Counted from the stretch's first letter, positions 1-10,489 are shown. The stretch is 64,000 nucleotides of DNA from Methylophilaceae bacterium (GCA_011391175.1 JAABQZ010000001.1:5915-69914); one strand, 5' to 3'. Notes: generated from the sequence alone by a model not told the origin. Made by a program: numbers and translations.

Positions 1-890
1 CTTGTGAATGCCACACATGGTAACTCTGCCATGATTCTCTTCGTTAAACCAGCCAATACTTTGCCCGGGCCGCATTCTGCTGCGTTTGTGATGCCTTGTG
101 TATGAATTGTCTGCACTGTTTCTACCCAGCGCACAGGTGAATACAATTGGCGCACCAATGCATCTTTAATTTTATCTGACTCGCTGTATGACGCTACATC
201 TGCATTATGAATCACAGGAATTTGTGGTGTGCTGATAGCCACTGTTTTTAAGTACGCTGCCAGATTTTCTGCTGCAGGCCTCATCAATGCGCAATGCGAA
301 GGCACGCTGACTGGTAGCGGTAAAGCGCGTTTTGCGCCCTTCGCTTTGGCAATTTCCATGCCTCGTTCCACCGCCGCTTTATTACCTGCAATTACTACTT
401 GGCCGGGTGAGTTCAAATTAACCGCTTCACAAACTTCATTTTGTGCCGCTTCTGCGCATACTGCACGCACAATATCGTCATCTAAGCCTAAGATGGCCGC
501 CATTGCGCCTACACCTTCTGGCACGGCACTTTGCATTACTTCCGCACGATACTTCACTAGCGGCAAGGCATCTGCAAAGCTCAAAGCATTCGCGGCCACT
601 AAAGCAGTATATTCACCCAGGCTGTGACCCGCATGGATATTGGCTTGCGGGCCGCCTGCTTGAATATAAGCACGATAAGTGGCAATGCCTGCTGTTAGCA
701 TCAGTGGTTGCGTATGTTGTGTTTGGTTCAACAGTTCATTTGGCTCTGTTGCCATCGCCCAAAAGTCAGTTTTTAAGATGTCAGACGCTTCAGCAAAAGT
801 TTGCTTAATAACGGGATTATCACCGAAACCAGCCATCATGCCGACTGACTGTGAGCCTTGGCCTGGAAAGAAAAATGCAAATTTACTCAT
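1..890 (-). CDS. fabD: Malonyl-CoA:ACP transacylase (3' end runs off the window)
   Basis: Not in the ORF track. Manual minus-strand translation from ATG at 890 gives MSKFAFFFPGQGSQSVGM...AGHSLGEY (GHSLG catalytic motif). Lies downstream of fabH. Confidence 0.96.
   Translation of the reverse strand, partial: MSKFAFFFPGQGSQSVGMMAGFGDNPVIKQTFAEASDILKTDFWAMATEPNELLNQTQHTQPLMLTAGIATYRAYIQAGGPQANIHAGHSLGEYTALVAANALSFADALPLVKYRAEVMQSAVPEGVGAMAAILGLDDDIVRAVCAEAAQNEVCEAVNLNSPGQVVIAGNKAAVERGMEIAKAKGAKRALPLPVSVPSHCALMRPAAENLAAYLKTVAISTPQIPVIHNADVASYSESDKIKDALVRQLYSPVRWVETVQTIHTQGITNAAECGPGKVLAGLTKRIMAELPCVAFT
621..655 (-). repeat. Intragenic copy of the dispersed 14-11-14 element (core AAGCCAATATCCATGCGG) inside fabD
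   Basis: Minus strand GGCCCGCAAGCC-AATATCCATGC-GGGTCACAGC. Positions 628-646 are identical over 19 nt to 51260-51278. Confidence 0.7.
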
Positions 891-905
891 ATTTTTAAAA
901 CCTAT

Positions 906-1859
906 TTAATACCTTAGCAGGGCGCTACCCCAAGTAAAACCGCCACCAAACGCTTCCATGAGGATGACGTCACCGCGTTTGATGCGGCCATCACGTACTG
1001 CAACGTCTAGCGCAAGCGGAATCGATGCGGCTGAAGTATTGCCATGTTTATCCACTGTGACCACTACTCTATCCATGCTCATGTCGAGTTTTTTGGCGGT
1101 GGCTTGCAAAATACGAATATTGGCTTGATGTGGCACCAACCAATCAATGTCACTTTTTTGCATGCCATTGGCAGTGAGTGTTTCATCTACGATTTGGTCT
1201 AGTGTATTCACCGCCATCTTAAATACCGCATTGCCTTCCATGGTTACTGTGTCTAGGCCAGACTCACTCCGCGGCACATGCAGCATATTTTCATAATTAC
1301 CATCGGCGTGTAAATGAGTGGAAATCACACCTTGTGATTCACTAGCTTGCAAAATGACGGCGCCAGCGCCGTCGCCCCACAAAATGCAGTTGCTTCTGTT
1401 GGTGTAATCTACAATGCGCGAAAATGTCTCAGCACCCAATACCAGTGCACATTTGGCAGTGCCTGTCTTGATGAAATTATCGGCCGTTGCCAAGGCGTAG
1501 ACAAAGCCGCTACACACCGCTTGTATATCGAATGCGGGGCAACCAGCAACCCCCAATTTGCGTTGCAATATGGTCGCAACGCTGGGGAAAACTTTATCAG
1601 GTGTCGTCGTCGCTACAATAATCAAATCAATATCGCTAACCGTTATACCTGCACTGATAATGGCATTTTTAGCGGCTTCAAACGCCAAATCGCTAGTAAA
1701 CTCACCTTCTGCTGCAAGGTGGCGTTCGCGTATGCCAGTGCGAGTAAAAATCCACTCATCGGTAGTATCTACCATGGTTTCTAAATCTTTATTAGTAAGG
1801 ATTTTTTCAGGCAAATAGCTGCCTGTACCCGTTATTTTTGAGTAAAGCTTGTTCGACAC
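906..1859 (-). CDS. fabH: Beta-ketoacyl-ACP synthase III
   Basis: AVCSGF catalytic Cys, [24 protein letters not shown] motifs. Confidence 0.97.
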   Translation of the reverse strand: MSNKLYSKITGTGSYLPEKILTNKDLETMVDTTDEWIFTRTGIRERHLAAEGEFTSDLAFEAAKNAIISAGITVSDIDLIIVATTTPDKVFPSVATILQRKLGVAGCPAFDIQAVCSGFVYALATADNFIKTGTAKCALVLGAETFSRIVDYTNRSNCILWGDGAGAVILQASESQGVISTHLHADGNYENMLHVPRSESGLDTVTMEGNAVFKMAVNTLDQIVDETLTANGMQKSDIDWLVPHQANIRILQATAKKLDMSMDRVVVTVDKHGNTSAASIPLALDVAVRDGRIKRGDVILMEAFGGGFTWGSALLRY

Positions 1860-2902
1860 TATACAACCTCTTCCGACACATTGGCCATGCTTGGCTGTAA
1901 GTGCTCAATTTCTAATTGCTGGGTAATGCGATTCAGTACACCGCTACGCGCCTCTTCAATCGCCACGTGAATAGCATGCAAAAAGGCGATAGGATCTGCC
2001 CCGCCGTGGCTTTTAACCACAATGCCGCGCAAGCCCAAAAAACTAGCGCCGTTGTATAGACGGGGGTCTAGACGCTTTTTAAACGCTTTAAGCACCGGCA
2101 TTGCGCCTAGCGCCATGATTTTGGTCAGCCAGCTACGCTTGAATTCTTGCGTTAAAAATTTGCCCATCATGTGTGCCAAACCTTCGGTGGTTTTTAGCGC
2201 TACATTGCCCACAAAACCGTCGCACACCACTAAATCCGTAGTACCTTTAAAAATATCATCACCTTCAACATTGCCGTAAAAATTGAGATGGCTAGCGCGT
2301 AGCAACTCAGCAGCCCGCTTCACTACTTCATTGCCTTTAATGTCCTCAGAGCCAATATTTAACAAGCCTACAGTGGGATTCGGCTTGTGCTCAACACAGC
2401 TCACTAGCATGGCGCCCATCACCGCAAATTGAAGCAAATGCTCTGCTGTGCAATCCGCATTTGCACCGAGATCTAGCATGTAAGTATTGCCTTTTTCAGA
2501 AGGCAATGCAGAGGCAATAGCAGGTCGATCAATGCCTGGTAAAGTTTTCAATACAAATCGTGCTGTTGCCATTAAAGCGCCCGTGTTACCGGCGCTCACA
2601 CAAGCATTCGCCTCACCAGATTTTACTAAGTTGATAGCCACGCGCATGCTGGAATCTTTTTTATTTTTAAGTGCGCTTTGTGGTGACTCATCCATCAACA
2701 CCACCTCAGTAGTGTGATGAATACGCAAATTAGGACTAGTATTGGCTTTGTGAGCTTTTAGCTCGGCTTGAATAGCATCCTCAAGACCAACCAGCACAAT
2801 ATTGAGTTGATTATCAGCTTTAAGCGCTGCGAGCGCAGCTGGAACAGTGACATGCGGGCCGTGATCCCCACCCATTGCGTCAATTGCGATTGTAATATCC
2901 AT
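1859..2902 (-). CDS. plsX: Phosphate acyltransferase PlsX
   Basis: [28 protein letters not shown] motifs; rpmF-plsX-fabH synteny. Confidence 0.97.
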   Translation of the reverse strand: MDITIAIDAMGGDHGPHVTVPAALAALKADNQLNIVLVGLEDAIQAELKAHKANTSPNLRIHHTTEVVLMDESPQSALKNKKDSSMRVAINLVKSGEANACVSAGNTGALMATARFVLKTLPGIDRPAIASALPSEKGNTYMLDLGANADCTAEHLLQFAVMGAMLVSCVEHKPNPTVGLLNIGSEDIKGNEVVKRAAELLRASHLNFYGNVEGDDIFKGTTDLVVCDGFVGNVALKTTEGLAHMMGKFLTQEFKRSWLTKIMALGAMPVLKAFKKRLDPRLYNGASFLGLRGIVVKSHGGADPIAFLHAIHVAIEEARSGVLNRITQQLEIEHLQPSMANVSEEVV

Positions 2903-3030
2903 CAGACTAATTAGATGTTTTTATGACGCAAATGTCAATGACACGCGTCAATGTGAAAATGCTTGCAGTTTGCAGAGATATGGGCATCAAAGTGTAGTTA
3001 TTCATGAGTGGCGTATATACTTAGACGTGC

Positions 3031-3053
3031 AAACGCCGCGCAGTGCGCGGCGT
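3031..3053 (-). terminator. Hairpin (terminator/attenuator) after rpmF
   Basis: ACGCCGCGC-AGT-GCGCGGCGT inverted repeat followed by a short T run on the minus strand. Confidence 0.55.
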
Positions 3054-3081
3054 AACAGTCAAGCACCAACAAGAGCGTTAA

Positions 3082-3261
3082 TTACTCGCCTTTTGTCGCA
3101 ATAACTTTGCGGCCACGGTAATAGCCGCTTGGGCTAATATGATGACGCAAATGTGTTTCGCCAGTCGTTGGCTCTACTGCCAAAGGCGGATTGACTAAAA
3201 AGTCGTGTGAGCGGTGCATACCGCGTTTGGAAGGTGACTTTTTGTTTTGTTGAACTGCCAT
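3082..3261 (-). CDS. rpmF: 50S ribosomal protein L32 (59 aa, below the ORF-track cutoff)
   Basis: Manual translation [59 protein letters not shown]; GGAG SD upstream. Confidence 0.97.
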   Translation of the reverse strand: MAVQQNKKSPSKRGMHRSHDFLVNPPLAVEPTTGETHLRHHISPSGYYRGRKVIATKGE

Positions 3262-3425
3262 GTGAATACTCCAAAAATTTTGCTAAAACACTGTTGCTTA
3301 TAAATATGCCGCTGAAAAAAATAGTACAACTAAAATTAAGCGCGCATTTTAATAGAATTGCCGACTAATGTAAATCAATAACTTAGCAATTATTATTAAA
3401 TACTTAAGTAATTATAAAGCCAACC

Positions 3426-3908
3426 TCACTTTATGAAACCTTTTAGCACCGCAAATGGGTTAGGATTATCGCCACTTTGGGTATTTAGCTTGCTGCAATC
3501 ATGTGCATGAATGGGGGCAATTGGCAACGCTAATAGCAACTCATCTTCTATTAATTCACTCACATCCATCTCATGGCTTGCTTCCAGCCAATCAATTTCG
3601 TCATTTTCTTCAGCCTCACTTATTTCTGTGCTACTAATTAAATAATCGAAGTTTAAATTCAAACTTATTAGCATTTCGTCTAAGCAGCGCTGGCAAGTAA
3701 CAGCTAAGTTGGCTTTTATATTTAAATGCAAGCTAGGCTGACGGAACTGCTTGCCAGTGCCCGACAATTGAAACTGAACTTGTGTATTTTCGTGGTTTGT
3801 CAGTATTTCCGCTAGGCGTGGCAACTGGGCTGTCACCAAACTATCACTTAGCTCTAGTTGGTTTTTTGCGAATTCTAAGTTGTTAATAATCAAAGATTTT
3901 TGCGTCAT
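3426..3908 (-). CDS. yceD: YceD/DUF177 family 23S rRNA accumulation protein
   Basis: CQRCL, LIEDELLLALP and NPFAVLK motifs; upstream of rpmF; ATG at 3908 preferred over TTG at 3923. Confidence 0.92.
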   Translation of the reverse strand: MTQKSLIINNLEFAKNQLELSDSLVTAQLPRLAEILTNHENTQVQFQLSGTGKQFRQPSLHLNIKANLAVTCQRCLDEMLISLNLNFDYLISSTEISEAEENDEIDWLEASHEMDVSELIEDELLLALPIAPIHAHDCSKLNTQSGDNPNPFAVLKGFIK

Positions 3909-4037
3909 TTTTAATAAATTCAAGTTTTTTTAAACTGCTTTTAGCATGCTACATATCCCTTACAGTGCGCTTGCGTGTTATACTCTAGCGGTTTTCTAGT
4001 TGTTATTTCAAGGCGTTGTAATTTTAAGGCTAAAGTC

Positions 4038-5456
4038 GTGTTCAAAAAAATTCTAGTGGCTAATCGGGGTGAAATTGCAGTGCGTATTGTACGCGCTTGC
4101 TCTGAAATGGGCATTAAATCTGTTGCGATTTATGCTGATGCCGACCGCCATGCGCTACACGTCAAAAAAGCGGATGAAGCCTACAATTTAGGCGCTGACC
4201 CAGTTGCTGGCTATCTAAATGCACATAATATTGTCAACGTCGCCGTAGCTGCAGGTTGCGACGCGCTACATCCAGGCTATGGTTTTCTATCAGAAAACCC
4301 TGAGCTGGCCGAAATCTGTGCACGTCGCGGCATCAAGTTCATTGGGCCTAGCGCATCGGTGATTCGCCAGATGGGCGATAAGATTGAAGCCCGTAAAGCC
4401 ATGACTAGCGCCGGTATTCCCTGCACACCTGGTAGCGACGGTAACTTGGCAGATTTAGATGAAGCCGTAGCGCTTGCTAATAAAATCGGCTACCCCGTGA
4501 TGCTTAAAGCCACTAACGGTGGCGGTGGGCGCGGTATCCGTCGCTGCGATTCAGAGAAAGAGTTATTAGGTAATTACGATCGCGTTATTTCTGAAGCCAG
4601 CAAAGCCTTTGGTAAACCTGAAGTGTTTTTAGAAAAATGTGTCGTCACGCCGCGCCATATTGAAGTGCAAGTGATGGCCGATAGTAAAGGGAATGTAATT
4701 CACCTGTTTGAGCGTGACTGCTCAATCCAGCGCCGCAATCAAAAACTGATTGAAATCGCACCCTCCCCGCAGTTGAGTCAAGCGCAACGTGATTACATTG
4801 GCGGTTTAGCTGTAAAGGCTGCGAAAGCCGTAGGTTACGAAAATGCGGGCACGGTCGAGTTTTTGCTTGATTCAAACAATACATTTTACTTTATGGAAAT
4901 GAATACACGCCTGCAGGTAGAGCATACCGTCACCGAGACCATTACTGGTGTGGATATTGTGCAAGAGCAAATTCGTATTGCCTATGGTTTGCCCTTGCAA
5001 TATAAGCAAAATGAAATTAGTTTTCGCGGTTTTGCTATGGAATACCGTATTAATGCGGAAGATCCGAAAAATGACTTTTTGCCCAGTTTTGGCAAAATTA
5101 CCCGCTATTACTCTCCCGGCGGCCCTGGTGTGCGCATGGATGCTGCCATTTACTCTGGTTACGTGATTCCGCCTTATTACGATTCGATGTGTGCCAAGCT
5201 AACGGTGTGGGCGCTGGATTGGGAAGGCGTGGTTGAGCGCGGCCGCCGTGCGCTGGGCGATATGGTGGTGTATGGCGTTAAAACGACCATCCCCTATTAT
5301 CAAGAAATTATGAAGCACCCTGATTTCAAGGCCGCCAACTTCAACACCAGCTTCGTAGAGAGTCATCCAGAGCTGACCAACTATGCAACAGAATTACCTC
5401 CTGAATTGATTGCGGCTGCGATTTCCGCAGCGATTGCAGCGCATGAGGGTATTTAG
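4038..5456 (+). CDS. pycA: Pyruvate carboxylase subunit A (biotin carboxylase)
   Basis: FKKILVANRGEIA, HPGYGFLSEN, ERDCSIQRR, EMNTRLQVEH; paired with the carboxyltransferase/biotinyl subunit; GTG start at 4038 inferred. Confidence 0.9.
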   Translation: MFKKILVANRGEIAVRIVRACSEMGIKSVAIYADADRHALHVKKADEAYNLGADPVAGYLNAHNIVNVAVAAGCDALHPGYGFLSENPELAEICARRGIKFIGPSASVIRQMGDKIEARKAMTSAGIPCTPGSDGNLADLDEAVALANKIGYPVMLKATNGGGGRGIRRCDSEKELLGNYDRVISEASKAFGKPEVFLEKCVVTPRHIEVQVMADSKGNVIHLFERDCSIQRRNQKLIEIAPSPQLSQAQRDYIGGLAVKAAKAVGYENAGTVEFLLDSNNTFYFMEMNTRLQVEHTVTETITGVDIVQEQIRIAYGLPLQYKQNEISFRGFAMEYRINAEDPKNDFLPSFGKITRYYSPGGPGVRMDAAIYSGYVIPPYYDSMCAKLTVWALDWEGVVERGRRALGDMVVYGVKTTIPYYQEIMKHPDFKAANFNTSFVESHPELTNYATELPPELIAAAISAAIAAHEGI

Positions 5457-5499
5457 CATGCTATTTCACATTTAGTAATTTTCATAAAGAAATAAAATT

Positions 5500-7353
5500 A
5501 TGAGCAAAATTCACATTACAGAACTGGTTTTACGCGACGGACATCAATCACTTATCGCCACGCGTATGCGCACCGAAGATATGTTGCCCATCTGCAAGCA
5601 GCTTGATGCTATTGGTTTCTGGTCAATAGAAGCTTGGGGTGGTGCTACCTTTGATGCTTGCGTTAGGTTTTTAAAAGAAGACCCATGGGAACGCTTAACT
5701 AAACTGCGCAAAGCGCTGCCTAACAGCCAAATTAATATGTTATTGCGTGGCCAGAACTTGCTAGGCTACCGCCATTATTCTGATGATGTAGTGCATGCGT
5801 TCGTGCAAAAATCTGCCGACAACGGTGTGGATGTGTTCCGCGTGTTTGATGCGCTAAACGATGTACGTAACTTGCGCGAAGCGATTAAGGCTGTTAAAAA
5901 AGTGAAAAAGCATGCCATTGGCACGCTTTCTTACACCACCAGCCCAGTGCACGATATCGATTACTTTGTGGCCATGGCTAAACAACTAGAAGACATTGGC
6001 GCAGATAGCATTGGCATTAAAGACATGGCAAGTTTGCTCACCCCTACTGCGGCAGGCGATTTAGTCAAAGCACTTAAATCTGCGGTTAGTTTGCCGATTC
6101 ATGTGCATAGCCATGCTACTTCTGGTTTTGCCAGCATTGCGCTGATGAAAGCAGTTGAAAACGGCGCGTCGATTATCGATACCTGCAATTCCTCCTTTGC
6201 CGAAGGTGCCAGCCACCCATCTACCGAAAGCATGGTCGCCGCTTTACAAGGTACCAAATACGACACTGGAATTGACTTGGCCAAGTTGCAAGAAATTACC
6301 GCCTATTTCCGCGAAGTGCGTAAAAAATATTGGCAGTATGAAAGCGAGTTTACTGGTGTGGATACTCGTGTACTGGTGAATCAAGTGCCTGGGGGCATGA
6401 TTTCGAACTTGTCGAATCAATTAAAAGACCAAGGCGCCTTACACCGCATGGATGAAGTGCTGCTAGAAATCCCACGCGTACGCGAAGATTTAGGCTACCC
6501 ACCTTTGGTCACGCCAACTTCGCAAATTGTGGGCTCGCAAGCGGTGTTGAATGTGATGACAGGCGCGCGCTATAAATCGGTAACCAATGAAGTTAAAAAT
6601 TACTTTTTAGGTCAATACGGCCAATCGCCAGCACCAGTGAACGCCAGCGTTAAAACTAAAGCCGTGGGTGATGCTGAGGTGATGACTTGTCGCCCAGCGG
6701 ATGTGTTAGCACCTGAAATGGCGAGATTACAAGCCGAATCTGATCGCATTGCGAAATCAGAGGAGGATGTTTTAACCTATGCCATGTTCCCCGATATTGG
6801 CCAAACTTTCTTGCAAGAGCGTAATGCGGGCAGCTTAAAAGTTGAGCCCCTACAAACCAAAGAAACAGGCAATACCAGCGCCGCACGTTTTGCGCCGAAT
6901 GAGTTCAACGTGACATTACATGGTGAAACTTTCCACATCAAACTCACTGGCAGCGGCCACGCCGGAGAAGAACAGCGTCCGTTCTACGTTTCAGTAGATG
7001 GTGTTGCCGAAGAAGTGATTGTAGAAACACTGGACGAAATTGAAGTTTCAGCGAACGGCGTCAGCACTGGCAATAAAAGCAGTGGCAAGAAAAAAACCAG
7101 TACGACATCCAGTGGTCGCCCTCGCCCACACCATGCGGGCTGTGTCACCACCGCCATGCCAGGTACTATTGTGGCAGTTAAAGTAAAAGTTGGCGATACA
7201 GTGAAAGCTGGCGATGGGGTGCTGGTGATTGAGGCAATGAAAATGGAAAACGAGATTCAAGCCTCTACCTCTGGCACTGTGGTGGCTGTGCATGTGGCTA
7301 AAGGCGATAACGTGACGCCAGATGAATCGTTACTGGAAGTGCAACCAGAATAG
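5500..7353 (+). CDS. pycB: Pyruvate carboxylase subunit B (carboxyltransferase plus biotin carrier; OadA-like)
   Basis: LRDGHQSL, WGGATFD, PGGM, VTPTSQ motifs; C-terminal EAMKM biotinylation site. Confidence 0.9.
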   Translation: MSKIHITELVLRDGHQSLIATRMRTEDMLPICKQLDAIGFWSIEAWGGATFDACVRFLKEDPWERLTKLRKALPNSQINMLLRGQNLLGYRHYSDDVVHAFVQKSADNGVDVFRVFDALNDVRNLREAIKAVKKVKKHAIGTLSYTTSPVHDIDYFVAMAKQLEDIGADSIGIKDMASLLTPTAAGDLVKALKSAVSLPIHVHSHATSGFASIALMKAVENGASIIDTCNSSFAEGASHPSTESMVAALQGTKYDTGIDLAKLQEITAYFREVRKKYWQYESEFTGVDTRVLVNQVPGGMISNLSNQLKDQGALHRMDEVLLEIPRVREDLGYPPLVTPTSQIVGSQAVLNVMTGARYKSVTNEVKNYFLGQYGQSPAPVNASVKTKAVGDAEVMTCRPADVLAPEMARLQAESDRIAKSEEDVLTYAMFPDIGQTFLQERNAGSLKVEPLQTKETGNTSAARFAPNEFNVTLHGETFHIKLTGSGHAGEEQRPFYVSVDGVAEEVIVETLDEIEVSANGVSTGNKSSGKKKTSTTSSGRPRPHHAGCVTTAMPGTIVAVKVKVGDTVKAGDGVLVIEAMKMENEIQASTSGTVVAVHVAKGDNVTPDESLLEVQPE

Positions 7354-7385
7354 TCAATTTCAAATTTTTCGTTTGAATAAAAAGC

Positions 7386-7419
7386 AAAAAGCCGACAGAA
7401 TGTCTTTGTCGGCTTTTTT
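7386..7419 (+). terminator. Rho-independent terminator after pycB
   Basis: AAAAAGCCGACAGAATGTCTTTGTCGGCTTTTTT. Confidence 0.85.
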
Positions 7420-7459
7420 AATGCCTAAATTTTAATAACTATACTTTTATCACTAATCA

Positions 7460-8041
7460 ATGAAACAAACCCTAATTTTAGCGTCATCTTCTGAGTATCG
7501 GCACGAACTGCTACTTAAACTGCAAATTCCATTTAGTGGTGTTTCTCCGCATGTAGATGAAACACCGCTTGAGGGGGAAAAACCACAAGAAACTGCACTG
7601 CGCCTTGCCCAAGTAAAAGCCAGAAAAGTGGGTAGCGATTACCCACATGCGTTGGTCATCGGTTGTGATCAAGTGGCGACGCTAGACGACGAACAGCTTG
7701 GCAAACCACTTAATCATGCAAATGCCACCAAACAACTGCAAAAAATGTGTGGGCGCGAAGTCACATTTCATAGCGCATTATGTTTATACAACGCCGCCAC
7801 AGGCAATATGCAAGCGGAGGTGGTGCCATATGTGGTGCGGTTCAGGCAGCTGACTGACGAACAAATTGAAAACTATCTCAGCAAAGAGCAGCCTTACCAT
7901 TGCGCTGGTAGTGCTAAATCAGAAGGCTTAGGTATTGCGCTGATTGAGCGCATGCTAGGCGAAGACCCAAATGCATTGATTGGTTTACCCCTCATTAAGC
8001 TGATTAACATGTTACAGAACGAAAATGTTAAGGTGATATAA
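7460..8041 (+). CDS. yceF: Maf family nucleotide pyrophosphatase (YceF-type)
   Basis: [35 protein letters not shown]. Confidence 0.88.
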   Translation: MKQTLILASSSEYRHELLLKLQIPFSGVSPHVDETPLEGEKPQETALRLAQVKARKVGSDYPHALVIGCDQVATLDDEQLGKPLNHANATKQLQKMCGREVTFHSALCLYNAATGNMQAEVVPYVVRFRQLTDEQIENYLSKEQPYHCAGSAKSEGLGIALIERMLGEDPNALIGLPLIKLINMLQNENVKVI

Positions 8042-8068
8042 GCGCCGTGAGTGCAAAAGTGGTAGCGC

Positions 8069-8096
8069 GCAAACAAGCCCCACAGAGGCGCGTCAA
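8069..8096 (+). promoter_or_regulatory. Putative ECF-sigma promoter for the DUF4139 gene
   Basis: GC-AAAC (8071-8074), 16-nt spacer, CGTC-AA (8091-8096); matches the generic AAC-N16-CGT ECF pattern. Confidence 0.4.
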
Positions 8097-8147
8097 CGTA
8101 ATACAAACATCGCCGTTTTAGAATCACCAACCTTTCTGGAGATTTTC

Positions 8148-9605
8148 ATGTTTAAACCCCGCCTTCTTGTCTTTGCCATCAGCACACTTTTCTCTTTAGG
8201 CGTTTCTGCCGTGGATAATAATCAAAACAATTTAATTGAAGCCCGCAGTACACTCGACGACCAACAAAGTGTCGCAGTCACCATTTATAACCAAGATTTA
8301 GCACTGGTAAAAGATACGCGTAAAGTCAGTATTAAGTCCGGTTTAAGCGCACTGGCATTGCGCGATGTAAGTGCGCAAATACGCCCAGAAACTGCGCTCT
8401 TAAGAAGTATCAACGCGCCTGGTAGCCTAATCCTGCTAGAACAAAACTTTGATTTTGATTTGCTCACCCCACAAAAAATGTTAGAAAAATACGTGGGGAA
8501 AACCGTCAGCATCATCAAAACTAACTACAAAACTGGTGAAGAAACCACTGAGCAAGCCACGGTGTTAGCCGCCAATAACGGCGTGGTGCTTAAGATAGGC
8601 AACCGCATTGAAACTGGAATACCAGGTAGGATTGTGTATGACGATGTGCCCGCCAATTTGCGCGATAGGCCCACTTTGGTGACGCAAATCAACAATAAAG
8701 GCGCAACTGAGCAAACGGTTGAATTAAGCTACCTCACTGGTGGCTTGGGCTGGAAAGCGGATTATGTAGCTGAGCTAAACGACAAAGAAGATAAGCTGGA
8801 TTTATCCGGCTGGGTCACACTCACTAATACCAGCGGCGCCAGTTATAAAAATGCAAAACTGCAATTGGTGGCAGGCGATGTCAATCGCGTGCAACAAAAT
8901 ATGCGCCCAATGGTGAAAAATATGCGTATGGAAAGCATGGTAGCAGACGCTGCCGCGCCGATGGCGGAAGAAAGCCTGCTGGAATACCATTTATACACGC
9001 TAGACCGCCCCACCAACATTATGGAAGCGCAAACCAAGCAAGTGGCCTTATTGTCTGCTACGGGCGTTCCAGCGCGTAAAGAACTGGTATTGCGTGGTGC
9101 TGATTACTACTATTCTGGTCAATACGGTGAAATTGGTACCAAGATGAAAGTGGGCGTGTTTGTTGAGTTTGACAACAAGGAAGCCAGTAAACTCGGCATG
9201 CCATTGCCCAAAGGCGTGCTACGTGTCTATAAAAAAGATAGTCAAGGTAACGCGCAATTTGTGGGCGAAGATAATATTGACCACACCCCAAAAAATGAAA
9301 CGGTACGTTTAAAATTGGGTGAGGCATTTGATGTGACTGCAGACAAAAAACAAACCGATTTTAAAGTGTTGCCGCGCCCCAGCAAAAACACCAACGCTTA
9401 TGAAAGCGCGTTTGAGCTAGTGCTTAAAAATGCAAAAAAACAAAAAGTAAGGGTGACCGTGCAAGAGCCGATTAGTGGCGATTGGAAAATTTTGTCTGAA
9501 AGCCACCCACACAACAAAGCCAATAGCCACTTAGCGGTGTGGAAAATTGATATTCCTGCAGAAAGCAGCACCACACTGACTTACAGGGCTGTAGTTAAGT
9601 ATTAG
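8148..9605 (+). CDS. Secreted DUF4139/DUF4140-domain protein
   Basis: Signal peptide; VTIYNQDLALVKD, LSYLTGGLGWKADY, LVAGDVNR, EYHLY motifs. Confidence 0.85.
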   Translation: MFKPRLLVFAISTLFSLGVSAVDNNQNNLIEARSTLDDQQSVAVTIYNQDLALVKDTRKVSIKSGLSALALRDVSAQIRPETALLRSINAPGSLILLEQNFDFDLLTPQKMLEKYVGKTVSIIKTNYKTGEETTEQATVLAANNGVVLKIGNRIETGIPGRIVYDDVPANLRDRPTLVTQINNKGATEQTVELSYLTGGLGWKADYVAELNDKEDKLDLSGWVTLTNTSGASYKNAKLQLVAGDVNRVQQNMRPMVKNMRMESMVADAAAPMAEESLLEYHLYTLDRPTNIMEAQTKQVALLSATGVPARKELVLRGADYYYSGQYGEIGTKMKVGVFVEFDNKEASKLGMPLPKGVLRVYKKDSQGNAQFVGEDNIDHTPKNETVRLKLGEAFDVTADKKQTDFKVLPRPSKNTNAYESAFELVLKNAKKQKVRVTVQEPISGDWKILSESHPHNKANSHLAVWKIDIPAESSTTLTYRAVVKY

Positions 9606-9670
9606 AAAGCAAAGTACTAGCAAGTAAATTACTCATAGGCTAATTAGCAAATTTTACCGAGAGATTTTAG

Positions 9671-9709
9671 ATGCCCTGTAAGCCAATACCCATGCGGCCT
9701 GCAGGGCAT
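9671..9709 (+). repeat. Dispersed 39-bp 14-11-14 quasi-palindrome, full copy
   Basis: ATGCCCTGTAAGCC-AATACCCATGC-GGCCTGCAGGGCAT. Confidence 0.85.
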
Positions 9710-9761
9710 GCCTTTTAATGGTATGCTTAATCAAATAACAAACTAAATGAAACAGGCTTAA

Positions 9762-10484
9762 ATGAAATACGGCACGCTCTACCTTATCCCTGTCACGCTT
9801 GGCGATGAAAATATCGCCGCCCTTCTGCCTACAAGTCTGCCGCCAGACGTGATTAAAATCGCCCAAAACCTTGAGCATTTTGTGGTGGAAAGTGAAAAGT
9901 CAGCGCGTCAATTTTTAAGCGCCATTAAAACTGCCAAACCTGTACGTGAACTCACCTTAAGTTTGCTCAACGAACACACGCTAGATAAAGACATCACCGC
10001 ACTGCTGGCGCCTTTACTAAAAGGCCAAGATGTTGGGCTAATGAGCGATGCTGGTTGTCCAGGTGTAGCCGACCCAGGTGCAAAACTAGTCGCACTTGCG
10101 CATCAAAAAAATATAAAAGTTGTGCCGTTTGTCGGCCCTAGTTCTATTTTATTAAGCTTGATGGCCAGTGGTTTAAATGGTCAGCAATTTACATTTTTGG
10201 GTTATTTGCCGGTAGATAAACAGGCGCGAAATATGAAGCTGAAAGAAATCGAAAAACGCTCACAAGCCCATAACGAGACGCAGATTTTTATCGAAACACC
10301 CTACCGCAACCAGCACATGCTAGAAGCAATTTTAAACAGCTGTAACGCCAATACCCTCGTATGTTTTGCCTCACAAGTCAGCTTGCCAGATGAATTGATA
10401 GTGACTAAACGTATTAGCGAATGGAAACAAAGTGCACTGCCAGATTTACATAAAAAACCAACGGTGTTTTTACTGTTATCCTAA
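9762..10484 (+). CDS. Tetrapyrrole-methylase-fold SAM methyltransferase (RsmI-like/YabC paralog)
   Basis: GTLYLIPVTLG, SDAGCPGVADPG, GPSS, FIETPYRN. Confidence 0.85.
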   Translation: MKYGTLYLIPVTLGDENIAALLPTSLPPDVIKIAQNLEHFVVESEKSARQFLSAIKTAKPVRELTLSLLNEHTLDKDITALLAPLLKGQDVGLMSDAGCPGVADPGAKLVALAHQKNIKVVPFVGPSSILLSLMASGLNGQQFTFLGYLPVDKQARNMKLKEIEKRSQAHNETQIFIETPYRNQHMLEAILNSCNANTLVCFASQVSLPDELIVTKRISEWKQSALPDLHKKPTVFLLLS

Positions 10485-10489
10485 AGACT

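Noticed and set aside
229-909. Plus-strand ORFs 229-627, 443-808 and 679-909, and the many other short antisense or out-of-frame ORFs in the track
   Set aside because: They are shadows of well-supported genes on the opposite strand or in another frame (here fabD) and have no motifs or RBS of their own.
1100-1130. Partial core match ACGAATATTGGCTTG in fabH, and TGGGATATTGGCTT in glnD at ~32381
   Set aside because: Both are explained by strongly conserved protein motifs (HQANIRI; LWDIGL) and lack the second arm.
5500-7353. Na+-pumping oxaloacetate decarboxylase alpha subunit (oadA)
   Set aside because: No oadB/oadG membrane subunits nearby; pairing with a biotin carboxylase indicates pyruvate carboxylase.
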